From contig MFCA01000002.1 of NCBI GenBank assembly GCA_001775095.1, positions 1 through 55,702 of the forward strand: a DNA stretch of 55,702 nucleotides. Direction: 5' to 3'. The notes below the pieces were generated by a model. It ran no database searches, was not told where the DNA came from, and saw only the letters and a list, made by a program, of their open reading frames with translations. Source of the stretch: Candidatus Curtissbacteria bacterium RIFOXYA1_FULL_41_14 (GTDB taxonomy: Bacteria > Patescibacteriota > Microgenomatia > Curtissbacterales > GWA2-41-24). Below, in pieces: positions 24,590-33,616 of the stretch. The position numbers and the translations under genes are program-made. Every line of letters begins with the position of its first letter. The stretch's first letter is position 1.

Positions 24590-25346
24590 CCACTTCCCCT
24601 GAAGTCTGAATCTTAACATTATAGGTTTTAGAGGAATCAGATACTAAAATCAAACTTATCGTTAACTGACTTTGCGGAGTAAGTAAATTTTTTAGATTAT
24701 CACTAGTATCGATAAATGGGGGAGCCACATCGTTGTGGAAACTAACACCTGCTGCCACAGACCGATAGAAAATAGTCACGTCATTAACGGAAGAACTAAG
24801 TATACTAATTCCTCCTATCTTCACGTCTCTTGGTAGATTTACCGTTTTTGAGCCAACTGTGTAACTCTCTGTTCTACTAGGATCGTCCTGACAATAACCG
24901 GCCAACAAATATGATTGGGCATCTTGGCTAATTTTAATAAACCACCCGTCAAGAATTAGGTCATCTCTTTCAGGATTACTCTCACATTTACCGCCCGTGC
25001 CCTTATCACCGGATACTGCCTTGTTTTGAATTAAGCGAATGTCGCCTTTTAGCATTTGCGCGGCACTTTTGAGCCGCTGGTTACGTTCAAAAGACAGATA
25101 AGACGCGGTTATGGCTGAAACCGCAATACCAAAAACCGTAATCACAATCATAAACTCAATTAACCCAAAACCATGACGCCTACGGCGCCAGTTGATAGTT
25201 GACCCTTCGATGTACTCAGGGTCACCTCTTCGAGCCTGAGCCTCAGAGCCGAAGGCCTGAGCTTGCCGAATGGGTGATAGTTCATAGTTGACAGTTTTCT
25301 TATTTACGCAGACCGTGAACCGAGAACCATGAACCGTGAACCTCAT
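24573..25346 (-). CDS. Minor pilin (GspH/FimT-like); start uncertain
   Basis: RRRRHG|FGLIEFMIVITVFGIAVSAI...NQRLKSAAQML. The annotated 60-aa leader is made entirely of repeat sequence. Confidence 0.7.
   Translation of the reverse strand: MRFTVHGSRFTVCVNKKTVNYELSPIRQAQAFGSEAQARRGDPEYIEGSTINWRRRRHGFGLIEFMIVITVFGIAVSAITASYLSFERNQRLKSAAQMLKGDIRLIQNKAVSGDKGTGGKCESNPERDDLILDGWFIKISQDAQSYLLAGYCQDDPSRTESYTVGSKTVNLPRDVKIGGISILSSSVNDVTIFYRSVAAGVSFHNDVAPPFIDTSDNLKNLLTPQSQLTISLILVSDSSKTYNVKIQTSGEVDESKP
25191..25341. repeat. Composite element: GC-rich core (25201-25275) within gatagtt-type heptamers, plus an inverted cgtgaac array
   Basis: gttgatagtt-[gacccttcga...ctcagggtc...cctgagcctcagagccgaaggcctgagc...]-gatagttcatagttgacagtt ... 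cgtgaac cgagaac catgaac cgtgaac. Confidence 0.8.
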
Positions 25347-25350
25347 ATAC

Positions 25351-26118
25351 TCAATATAACATTAAATACCACTCAATAATCGGCTTTGCCCAGAAAAGGG
25401 CAGTTAAAAATCCCAGAGCCAGAAATGGAGCGAAGGGGATAGTCTGGCCAAAACTTTTTTTTCCACAAATTATCAAAAGGAGTGAAGCAACAGCACCAAT
25501 TAAAAATGCCAAGAATATTGCTAAAATTGCACCTTTTACACCCAAAACCATACCAATTAAGAAACCAAGTACGATATCTCCTTCGCCCATCCCCCGGCCA
25601 CGAGTCGCCAGAACTATTATTAGAAAAAAAAGACTAGCGGCAAACGCCGCTAACACATGCTCAAAAAAAAGCCCGGAAGATAAGTAAAAGTAATTATAAA
25701 AGAGTGAAATAAGAGAGGCAGCAAATACCAACGTAGTCGGAATAAGCGAGAATTTTTGATCCACAACAGCTACCACCAGAAAAGTCGATACAAGGAAAAA
25801 GTAGTAGAGAAGAGCAGCAACGGAAAGCTGGCCGCTTTGAACCAATACAAGGAAAGAAGAAACAAAAAGCAAAGCAATTATCGTCTCAACCAGCGGATAT
25901 TGCCAAGAGAGGGATTTTTTACAATAGCGGCATCTGGCGCCAAGGGTAATGAAACTTAAAATCGGCACAAGGTCAAACGTTCTCAAAGTCGCTTTGCAGT
26001 AATCGCAATAAGACCGACCCAAAATCGTCTCTCCCCGAGTTGTTCTGTCAATAACCACATTCAAAAAACTGCCAACAGCAGAACCTAAAATGAAAGTAAT
26101 AAGAAGCCAAAAAAACAT
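25351..26118 (-). CDS. pilD: Prepilin peptidase (A24 family)
   Basis: N-terminal Cys pairs CDYC...CRYC. Polytopic, with the catalytic-Asp context GMGEGD. Confidence 0.9.
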   Translation of the reverse strand: MFFWLLITFILGSAVGSFLNVVIDRTTRGETILGRSYCDYCKATLRTFDLVPILSFITLGARCRYCKKSLSWQYPLVETIIALLFVSSFLVLVQSGQLSVAALLYYFFLVSTFLVVAVVDQKFSLIPTTLVFAASLISLFYNYFYLSSGLFFEHVLAAFAASLFFLIIVLATRGRGMGEGDIVLGFLIGMVLGVKGAILAIFLAFLIGAVASLLLIICGKKSFGQTIPFAPFLALGFLTALFWAKPIIEWYLMLY

Positions 26119-26131
26119 CTACTCTCAAGAA

Positions 26132-26662
26132 TTAAGGCTGACAATTACCACTGCCAACCTCGCCTATACTAACGCTTTCCGATCGCCAGCACCAAACCCA
26201 ATTCCCGCTGCCGGAAGTCGGGTCTTCAATTTCGCCATAAACTGCTGCTTCTGATGAAATACCCGAACCTGAAACCAAATACTGATACTCTGTTCCTATA
26301 GGATCAAGAGGTATTATTTTTAAATCTCCTGAAGCCCTTAGCGCTGTTAAACCGCTAACAGAAGCTGGGCCGGCCGGTGAGGGATAAGCGTCATAAGTTG
26401 TGTAATATGCCTTCAGGGCATTGGCAATTTGACCGATATCGTTTTTCCTGGCGGCATCCCGAGCTTGAGATTTACGTTTAACAGGGTTGATGGCAACCAT
26501 AATTGTTGCGGCCAGAACAGCCATAATAGCAATCACAATCAGAAGCTCGATCAGGGTAAAACCATGCCGCCATGAACGGCGGTTAACAGTTGTCGGTTCA
26601 TGGTTCACAGTCTTTTGAATTCTGTGAACTATTAACTGTAAACCGTTAACTAACTTGGGCAT
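26132..26662 (-). CDS. Type IV pilin paralogue 1 (start uncertain)
   Basis: RHG|[19 protein letters not shown]-terminus has the [16 protein letters not shown]...GSGNCQP disulfide loop shared by all three pilins. Confidence 0.85.
   Translation of the reverse strand: MPKLVNGLQLIVHRIQKTVNHEPTTVNRRSWRHGFTLIELLIVIAIMAVLAATIMVAINPVKRKSQARDAARKNDIGQIANALKAYYTTYDAYPSPAGPASVSGLTALRASGDLKIIPLDPIGTEYQYLVSGSGISSEAAVYGEIEDPTSGSGNWVWCWRSESVSIGEVGSGNCQP
26582..26650. repeat. Hairpin with gttcac/gttaac heptamer-type arms in the pilin 5' region
   Basis: gttcacag-tcttttgaattc-ctgtgaac is an 8-bp perfect stem, flanked by gttaac-type repeats. Confidence 0.7.
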
Positions 26663-26702
26663 TACTTTTAGACTACCCTAAAAATTAAACTCTGTAAAGT
26701 GA

Positions 26703-27239
26703 TTATGGAGTACAACTACCTGAAGTAATCTCTTGGACTTTGCCAATTGCCGATTGCCAACACCAAAGCCAATCACCATCACCCGAAGTCGGGTCTTCAA
26801 GCGTAGCATACAGCGCCGCTTCACTATTTGCGGGAGCGCCGCCAAGAGTCAAACAATAATCATCACCGGTAGGTCCGGTTGGTACTTCTTTTAAATCACC
26901 ACTTGTAGTTAGAGCAGTTAAGCCTCCGCTGGTCCCGCAGCCGTCCGGCGTAGGATAATAACCATTTCCGCGGCTGACATAATAAGCATCCAGAGCGTGG
27001 GCTAGGGTTCCGATATTAGTTTTTCGAGAAGAATCCCGTGCTTGCCTTTGTCTTTTGGCGGGATTAACCGCCACTAGAACTGCTGCGGCCAGAATACCTA
27101 GAATACCAATAACTACCAGAAGTTCGATCAGTGTAAAACCATGCCGCCAACGGCGGCAGTTCACGGTTTTGAGTTCACTGTTCACGGACTTTTGTTTTCT
27201 GTAAGCTATGAACTGTGAACTATGAACTAGATTGGGCAT
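26703..27239 (-). CDS. Type IV pilin paralogue 2 (start uncertain: ATG 27239 or GTG 27164)
   Basis: RHG|FTLIELLVVIGILGILAA. C-terminus EDPTSGDGDWLWCWQS...TSGSCTP. Confidence 0.85.
   Translation of the reverse strand: MPNLVHSSQFIAYRKQKSVNSELKTVNCRRWRHGFTLIELLVVIGILGILAAAVLVAVNPAKRQRQARDSSRKTNIGTLAHALDAYYVSRGNGYYPTPDGCGTSGGLTALTTSGDLKEVPTGPTGDDYCLTLGGAPANSEAALYATLEDPTSGDGDWLWCWQSAIGKVQEITSGSCTP
27159..27230. repeat. Hairpin whose arms are inverted heptamer arrays (agttcay / rtgaacn) in the pilin 5' region
   Basis: Minus strand reads agttcat agttcac agttcat agcttac agaaaac aaaagtc cgtgaac agtgaac tcaaaac cgtgaac. Confidence 0.8.
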
Positions 27240-27243
27240 TACT

Positions 27244-27303
27244 TCAATTGTCAATTGTCAATTGTCAATTGTCAATTGTCAGTAGTCAGCAGTCAGTAGT
27301 AGT
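27244..27303. repeat. Longest heptanucleotide array: tcaattg x5 then tcagtag/tcagcag x3
   Basis: Read directly, in the divergent gap between the pilin and the 27316 gene. Confidence 0.95.
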
Positions 27304-27315
27304 ATATTAATTATC

Positions 27316-28494
27316 TTGGCCAAAAACAGCAAAAATATCAAAAGAACACTGCTTCTTGCAATAATCCTAATCCTTTCCTCAATTAGTTTCTTCTCAGCAT
27401 TATCCAAAGTGGGGCTCCCTTATACTTCTGACACACTTTTCTACAAACACATATTTTATCAATTTCAAGGGGGCAGCTTTAATGAGGCTCGGGATAAGGT
27501 ATTAAAGAATCATCAAATACTTTGGCCGGATAAAATCCAAAGGAATATTTTTACAAACGAAGAAACATATAAAAACTCCTATACGTTCTTCACTAAAAGA
27601 CCTCTGTATCCATTCATGGCCTTCATAATCAATAAATTTATAAGAAACGAATTCTATGCATTCATGCTGCCTGTATTCATATCGTTTCTGGGTTTTATCA
27701 CGCTTGCATTTTTTTTACTCATAAAGAGGACTGGTGTCGTTGGAGCCTCTATCGGGTGTCTTTTATTAGTCTCAACCCCGCTTTTTATAAAGAACGCTAT
27801 ATACTTTATGACGGATACAATTGGGGCCTTTTTCTGGCTTACACAAATAATATTGATAATTGCTTTTCTTCAAAAACCTAAGTGGCAGGTTCTGTTACTT
27901 TTTACTATCTGTCTGATTATTTCACTTTTTAATAGGGAACAAAGTCTGTTTATAGTACCCACAATAATTATCGCAGGCTTATTTTTTCTTAAACAGAAAG
28001 AAAGTACTCAAGTCAAGCGGATAGTTCCGCTTTTGCTATTATCCTCCACAATTAGCCTTCTTTATATTCTGGGGCTTTATTTACTGGGGCAAAGGGGAGC
28101 CCTTGACTCAATCGTCTATGCTCAAAATTCCTTTGGATTTTATAACAACTCGTTCACCAAGATTGAAACAGTAGCTTTTATGATTGATTCAATTTCCTAC
28201 GTTCATCAAAAATTTATCAAGGATTTGCTAAGTTCTCCGGCATATACACTATTTTTCACAACTTTTATCTTTGCAGTTTTCAGGTTTTTCAAGCAAAAAA
28301 ATGGTTTCAAAACAATTGACACCTTAATTTTATCCTCAGGAATAGGCTCTTATTTATCAATTTTTATTTTACCTCTCTTGAACTATCGTTATTTTTTCCC
28401 GGTAATGTTTACGGTGATTTATTTTTCTACCATGTATATACTTGAGTTTTTAAAATCATTAGAGCAAAAACCGCCAAATAAAACAGAAATATAA
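27316..28494 (+). CDS. Polytopic membrane protein, possible GT-C-fold glycosyltransferase
   Basis: About 10 predicted TM segments. The first loop has the aromatic-rich FFTKRPLYPF. No family assigned with confidence. Confidence 0.45.
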   Translation: MAKNSKNIKRTLLLAIILILSSISFFSALSKVGLPYTSDTLFYKHIFYQFQGGSFNEARDKVLKNHQILWPDKIQRNIFTNEETYKNSYTFFTKRPLYPFMAFIINKFIRNEFYAFMLPVFISFLGFITLAFFLLIKRTGVVGASIGCLLLVSTPLFIKNAIYFMTDTIGAFFWLTQIILIIAFLQKPKWQVLLLFTICLIISLFNREQSLFIVPTIIIAGLFFLKQKESTQVKRIVPLLLLSSTISLLYILGLYLLGQRGALDSIVYAQNSFGFYNNSFTKIETVAFMIDSISYVHQKFIKDLLSSPAYTLFFTTFIFAVFRFFKQKNGFKTIDTLILSSGIGSYLSIFILPLLNYRYFFPVMFTVIYFSTMYILEFLKSLEQKPPNKTEI

Positions 28495-30675
28495 ATGGGT
28501 AATATTCCAGCCATTCTATTTATTTTTATTGTCAACGTAGTATTCTTTATAAGATTATTTTTGCCTACTTCAGTCTTCGTTACGCCAGATTTTGGCAGAA
28601 GTGATGCCCTTCATTCAAACCTTCCTGAAAAACTAATTCTGCAAAAGAGTCTCAAAAGTTTAAGAGTTCCTCTTTGGGAGAATAACATTGGCCAAGGTTA
28701 TCCTGTCTTTGCCCAGGGAATAATGGGCTTTTTTTATCTGCCTAATTTAGTAATCTTCGGCTTATTGCCATTTAATTTTGCAATACCCACAATGTACGTC
28801 TTTACTTTTCTAACATCATCATTTTCAATGTTTTATCTAATAAAAAAGCTGAGATTCGGTAATTTAGCTGCCACAATTTCGGGTATATCCTTTGCCCTCT
28901 GCGCCTCAATGATTCTTCACGTCCAACATTTTAACTTCATCCAATCAGCATCGCTTCTACCGCTACTTTTCTTATGGCTTTTAAATTTTCTTGAAAAGAA
29001 AAATGTAACCAATGCGATAATCTGCTCACTTATTCTCTCCCAAATAATTCTTGCAGGCTTTGTTCAAATCTTTACTTACACTGCAGTCATTTTCTTTCTT
29101 TTTGCAGCCTTTTTAACATATCTACAAGACAAACAAGGTTTTAAAAAAGTCATACTTTCATACATATGTATAGTTTTGTTCTCAATAATGCTTTCTGCAA
29201 TTCAAATTCTTCCATCATACGAACTCACAAAATCATCAACCAGAAACTCCGGCGTAGCCGGCCAAAATCTACTTGAAGCTTTTCCGCTATTTCCAAGAAA
29301 CTATCTCACTTATTTAAACCCCTTTATTCTAGGCAAAGCTCAGGATGGCTCCTATAACCATACCCAATGGTCCAAATACGGCATCTTTTGGGAAAGCACA
29401 AGCTATATCGGCTTAATACCGTTAATATTTTATTTTGTCGGTCTATACTTTTTACTTCTCAAACGCGCAAATTATGTACTTCTGGCTGTTTTTACAGCAT
29501 CAATAATCGCTATTTTATTGTCCCTTGGCAAATATTCGCCCCTACACATAGTCTTTGCCTTCCCGCCTCTAAACTATTTCAGGGTTCCTGCCAGATTTAT
29601 TCTGCTTGTTCAGTTTCTAACGTTAATAATAGCCGCCTATGGAATCAAAAGTCTTCAGGAAAAAATACCTAAAATAAATATCCCAATTCTTCAAATCACG
29701 CTTGTCATATTCACTGCGGCAAACCTTTTTTTCTACTGGGCAAATTACAACCCAATAGGTGAAACTAAAAAATGGTTAACGCCTCCAGAACTGGCAAATT
29801 CAATTGATAGTAGTCAAAAATGGCGTATATTTTCTTTTGCATCGAAACAATGGAATAACGTATTTACAACTAAAGGCTGGCAAAATCAAGACGAAAACTA
29901 TTACTTTTTCAGGAATTCTCTTGATCAAAATTTGAATTTACTTTACGGCATCAGCCAATTTTCTCACTTTGAAACCTTACCGACTAGAAGGTATGACCTG
30001 CAAAACCTGTTACTCAGAAACTCAATAACGCAAAAGGGTGAAAAAATAAACATTACTAAAAGGGGGCAGAATATCCTAAAACAATCAAATGTAAGGTATT
30101 TAATTTCTCCTAACAAAATCGAGTCGGAAGGACTCTCTCAAGTCAAAAGCGTTAGCAAAGACAATTTCATATTCTATTTATATGAACTGGAGAATCCAAA
30201 CAGCCGTACTAGTCTGTATTACGATTACAAATCGGTAAAAACAACTGGTCAATACGCCAATCTTATAGAAGAAATCAATCCTGCTCAAACCGTTCTTTTA
30301 GAAAATATAGAAAATCTCAAACTAGAGAATGGAAAAGGCTCAATATCGACAATTAAGATAGAAGAGGACTATCAATCTTACAAAATTACTACGGATAAAC
30401 AGGGTATATTTGTAGTTTCAAACTCACCATATCCAGGATGGGAAGCAACAATTGATAACAAAAAAACTACTATTCACCCAGCAAACATCAACTCTCAGGC
30501 AATAATCGTACCACAAGGAGAACACAAAGTAGAATTCGAATATAAACCAAAAAGCTTTCTAGCAGGTCTGATAATCAGCTGTGCGTCTTATATTTTCGCT
30601 CTCATCTGGCTAGTAAAAGAAAGGCTAAAGTTCCTCAACAGGTTTATCAATACCTTCCTTTTGACTCATCTGTGA
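28495..30675 (+). CDS. YfhO-family polytopic membrane protein (GT-C-like)
   Basis: N-terminal FVTPDFGRSDALHSNLP...LRVPLWENNIGQGYPVFAQG...FYLPN pattern, many TM segments and a large C-terminal extracytoplasmic domain, as in YfhO proteins. Confidence 0.6.
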   Translation: MGNIPAILFIFIVNVVFFIRLFLPTSVFVTPDFGRSDALHSNLPEKLILQKSLKSLRVPLWENNIGQGYPVFAQGIMGFFYLPNLVIFGLLPFNFAIPTMYVFTFLTSSFSMFYLIKKLRFGNLAATISGISFALCASMILHVQHFNFIQSASLLPLLFLWLLNFLEKKNVTNAIICSLILSQIILAGFVQIFTYTAVIFFLFAAFLTYLQDKQGFKKVILSYICIVLFSIMLSAIQILPSYELTKSSTRNSGVAGQNLLEAFPLFPRNYLTYLNPFILGKAQDGSYNHTQWSKYGIFWESTSYIGLIPLIFYFVGLYFLLLKRANYVLLAVFTASIIAILLSLGKYSPLHIVFAFPPLNYFRVPARFILLVQFLTLIIAAYGIKSLQEKIPKINIPILQITLVIFTAANLFFYWANYNPIGETKKWLTPPELANSIDSSQKWRIFSFASKQWNNVFTTKGWQNQDENYYFFRNSLDQNLNLLYGISQFSHFETLPTRRYDLQNLLLRNSITQKGEKINITKRGQNILKQSNVRYLISPNKIESEGLSQVKSVSKDNFIFYLYELENPNSRTSLYYDYKSVKTTGQYANLIEEINPAQTVLLENIENLKLENGKGSISTIKIEEDYQSYKITTDKQGIFVVSNSPYPGWEATIDNKKTTIHPANINSQAIIVPQGEHKVEFEYKPKSFLAGLIISCASYIFALIWLVKERLKFLNRFINTFLLTHL

Positions 30676-32685
30676 TCTCTCAAAATACTCATCTGCTTTC
30701 TCGCTGTCATCAAAACAAACGCTGTAAACTTGACCCAAACCTTCCCATGCCTGCCAATAAGATTCATCTATTTTAACAATTGCCAAGAACAAATCCCTTG
30801 ATTTCTCGCAGTCTCTTTTCTCAAAGTAGTAAACGCCTAGTCCAAACATAGAAACATGATTTTCTGGCAAAATCTCTAGACTTTTTTCAAAATATTCCTT
30901 GGATTTATCAATATTCCCGTTCCTCAAAAGCGCAAAAGCATTGTCGGCAAAAACGCCAGAATAAGTTGCTTTAATGTCGTCTTCAAAGAAATTAACATAT
31001 CTGTTCTTAACAAGACTAACTTCAAAACTAAGCTTGTCTAAGCCTTCCAAAACTCTCTTGGAGATCTCAGAATTACTCGGTAAACCATCATGCCGGTAGA
31101 GCCTCTTTAGCATTCCTTGTTGAACCCATACATAATCGGCAGGAACTGAAACTGCCGAATAAGAATAAATTGGAGATTTGTCGTAGTTTATATCGATTAA
31201 TTTAAAAACTGTATCAGCATATTCAGCCTTGCCTTTTGAGGAAAAATTCTCTGGAAAAGAAATTTCGGGATAGAATCTTTCAAGCTGTTTCCTGTAGCTT
31301 TCATGCCTTAACCTTCCTGTCAAAATAATAGGAGACTCCTCGTTTATCTTATCAACGTAATACGAATATTGAGTATTAAAAGTAATTGTATCTCCTTGTA
31401 AGAAAAGTATCCCGGGAGGCTCGGCAGCAGTGAGAATATCCTTACCCAAAATTCCACCAACTTCGTAATCTGAAAGATCTGCTTTTGGCCAGTTTGTAAT
31501 AAACAAATAGAAAGGAAAAATCAAAAATACAGAAGAAAAAAGTAACTTAAAAAAATTTTCTTTCTTAAGATGGAATTTTTTCATCAAATTAAAAATAGAC
31601 TCAGAAATTGCAACCATGCCGAAAAAAGCAAATACTGTAAGAAACACGTAGTTTAGGAGTAAAAATCTCTCGGAAATACCCAGAAGAAGTGATGTAAAAG
31701 GAGGAAAAGACGCATATGCCAAAAAAAACGGACCGCTAAAAAAAGCACAAAGCAAAAAGAACCAAAACCATTCCTTTTTTTTAAAAAAAAGCCAAAAAAA
31801 TCCCAACACAATTAAAATTGCACCGAAAAAAGTAAAGTCAAAAAGGACAACCTTAAAGTACCAGAGAACTTGAACGAGCCGAGCGAAAGCGGAAAAACCG
31901 ACAAGATCGTGAGAAGCTGTAAAAGCTCCGTAATCGGCACGAGTAATTAGCTGCCAGAACCCCGAAATATTCGAAGGATTGTCCCAATTAACCGGAGTTT
32001 CACGCGAGGCAGCCCAAAAAACATATACATAAGGAACCATCCCCAAAAGGAATGCGATAGATAATTTCAATAAGTTTCTAAGATTCTCAAGCTTAAAGAT
32101 TTTTAACTTTAAAAATACATATAAATAAGCCGGTGCTAAAAGTAGAGAAGTATAATGATGAAAAACCGCAAGACCAAAGAAAAACACACATAGGTATAAG
32201 CTCCTTTTTCCAAAAAAACTCTTGGGAAACCACAAATAGTCGAACAAAAAAAACAAAGAAAGAAGAACTAAAATTATAGCAAGTTGAAACACTTCTGCAA
32301 CGTGCGCATAAAGCCAATACAAGGGTACAAAAGCCAAGATTAGAGAACCGGTAATCGATAAAATTAAATTCCCCAAAAGCCTAAACAGAAAAAGACTCAA
32401 AAACCCAATACCAAGGGCCATATAGACAGCTGAAACTAAGTTTGCTTTAAAGGCAAAAGTTCCGGCAGGTATTAATCTGGTTATAATAAATCCCAAAATT
32501 GTATTTAGCGGATACCCTGGAGGATGAGCGACACCGGCAAAATAATAAGAAAGGATAATGTCACCAGAATCTCCACCAAAAACGTTACCAGCTACACCTC
32601 GGAAATAAAGAAGGAAAACTATGAAAGAAAGAAGGACAGCGGCAAATATTCCGTACTTTCCAAGCGCGTAGACAGACTTACTCAT
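30625..32685 (-). CDS. DUF2723-family (TMEM260-like) membrane glycosyltransferase-like protein with C-terminal TPR repeats
   Basis: GGDSGDIILSYYFAGVAHPPGYPL motif near the N-terminus, about 12 TM segments and a TPR-like tail (EKSLEILPENHVSMFGLGVYYFEKRDCEKS...WQAWEGLGQVY). Confidence 0.65.
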   Translation of the reverse strand: MSKSVYALGKYGIFAAVLLSFIVFLLYFRGVAGNVFGGDSGDIILSYYFAGVAHPPGYPLNTILGFIITRLIPAGTFAFKANLVSAVYMALGIGFLSLFLFRLLGNLILSITGSLILAFVPLYWLYAHVAEVFQLAIILVLLSLFFLFDYLWFPKSFFGKRSLYLCVFFFGLAVFHHYTSLLLAPAYLYVFLKLKIFKLENLRNLLKLSIAFLLGMVPYVYVFWAASRETPVNWDNPSNISGFWQLITRADYGAFTASHDLVGFSAFARLVQVLWYFKVVLFDFTFFGAILIVLGFFWLFFKKKEWFWFFLLCAFFSGPFFLAYASFPPFTSLLLGISERFLLLNYVFLTVFAFFGMVAISESIFNLMKKFHLKKENFFKLLFSSVFLIFPFYLFITNWPKADLSDYEVGGILGKDILTAAEPPGILFLQGDTITFNTQYSYYVDKINEESPIILTGRLRHESYRKQLERFYPEISFPENFSSKGKAEYADTVFKLIDINYDKSPIYSYSAVSVPADYVWVQQGMLKRLYRHDGLPSNSEISKRVLEGLDKLSFEVSLVKNRYVNFFEDDIKATYSGVFADNAFALLRNGNIDKSKEYFEKSLEILPENHVSMFGLGVYYFEKRDCEKSRDLFLAIVKIDESYWQAWEGLGQVYSVCFDDSEKADEYFERSQMSQKEGIDKPVEEL

Positions 32686-32904
32686 TTACTTTAAATCCAG
32701 CGTAGATTTTAAAAAGGTTTTTGTCAAAAATGACACATTTACTATAAACTTCCGTGGGCTCTTAGCCCTCGGTCCTGCCTGCCGGTAGGCAGGTATTTTC
32801 CTTTAAGTTTACATGAGCGAGCAAGGTAACCCAAGTACTCGGAAGTATGTATTCTCTCGCTCCTCATCCGTGGACTAATAGTCCACGGTGTTCTGCGAGC
32901 GAGT

Positions 32905-32938
32905 ATAAAGAGAGCACAACAACCTTAATGTTGTGCTC
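32905..32938 (-). terminator. Intrinsic terminator after the major pilin gene
   Basis: Minus strand reads gagcacaac-attaaggtt-gttgtgctc tctttat. Confidence 0.6.
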
Positions 32939-32965
32939 AATAGAAATTATGTCAGAGCCTTAATA

Positions 32966-33424
32966 TTATGGTGTACAATCTCCACTTGACACTTCTGTAG
33001 CTTTACCAGAAACAGATCGCCAACACCATTCATAAGTACCTGTACTCGCCGTAGTAGGATCTTCCAGTGCATCATAGATTGCAGCCTCGCTTGAATCGCT
33101 TGCAACCGTATACGAATATTGACCACTTGTTGGATCAGTTGGAATTGACTTCAGATCCTGAGTTGTTGTTAATGCTACCAAACCTCCCGGTGCACCGCTT
33201 GTGCCAAGATAGTAACCTAGACCTGGTGTTGTGTAATAGGCTTGCAGTGCTGTTGCCATTTGTCCGATGTCGTTTTTGCGGGCAGCATCACGAGCCTGCC
33301 TTTGTCTCTTAGCCGGATTTACAGCTACTAGAACTGCCGCGGCCAAAATCCCTAAAATTGCAATAACAATAAGAAGCTCAATTAAGGTAAAACCAAATAA
33401 TTTCTTGCGGGCAGAAATAACCAT
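32966..33424 (-). CDS. Type IV pilin, likely the major pilin (short canonical leader, strong SD)
   Basis: GAGGAGGTG SD. MVISARKKLFG|[22 protein letters not shown]-terminal WCWRS...SSGDCTP. Confidence 0.9.
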   Translation of the reverse strand: MVISARKKLFGFTLIELLIVIAILGILAAAVLVAVNPAKRQRQARDAARKNDIGQMATALQAYYTTPGLGYYLGTSGAPGGLVALTTTQDLKSIPTDPTSGQYSYTVASDSSEAAIYDALEDPTTASTGTYEWCWRSVSGKATEVSSGDCTP

Positions 33425-33616
33425 CAAAATTTTCTCACCTCCTCTTGAGGATTAATTTTCTAATTTTCCCTCTTATATTTAAGTATTGAGGATTCTCTTG
33501 GCTGTTGTCAAGGGTTCAGAAGTCAAAGTCGAAAGTCAAAGTGAAAAGTATCATAGATAGAAGTAAGTCGTATTGGTCCTATTGGACTTATACGACCTAT
33601 ACGCCATCCTTCTCAT

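Noticed and set aside
27244-27303. Possible CRISPR array, here and at the other short tandem arrays
   Set aside because: The units are 7 nt, directly abutting, with no spacers. There is no leader and there are no cas genes in the window. These are microsatellite-type arrays, not CRISPR.
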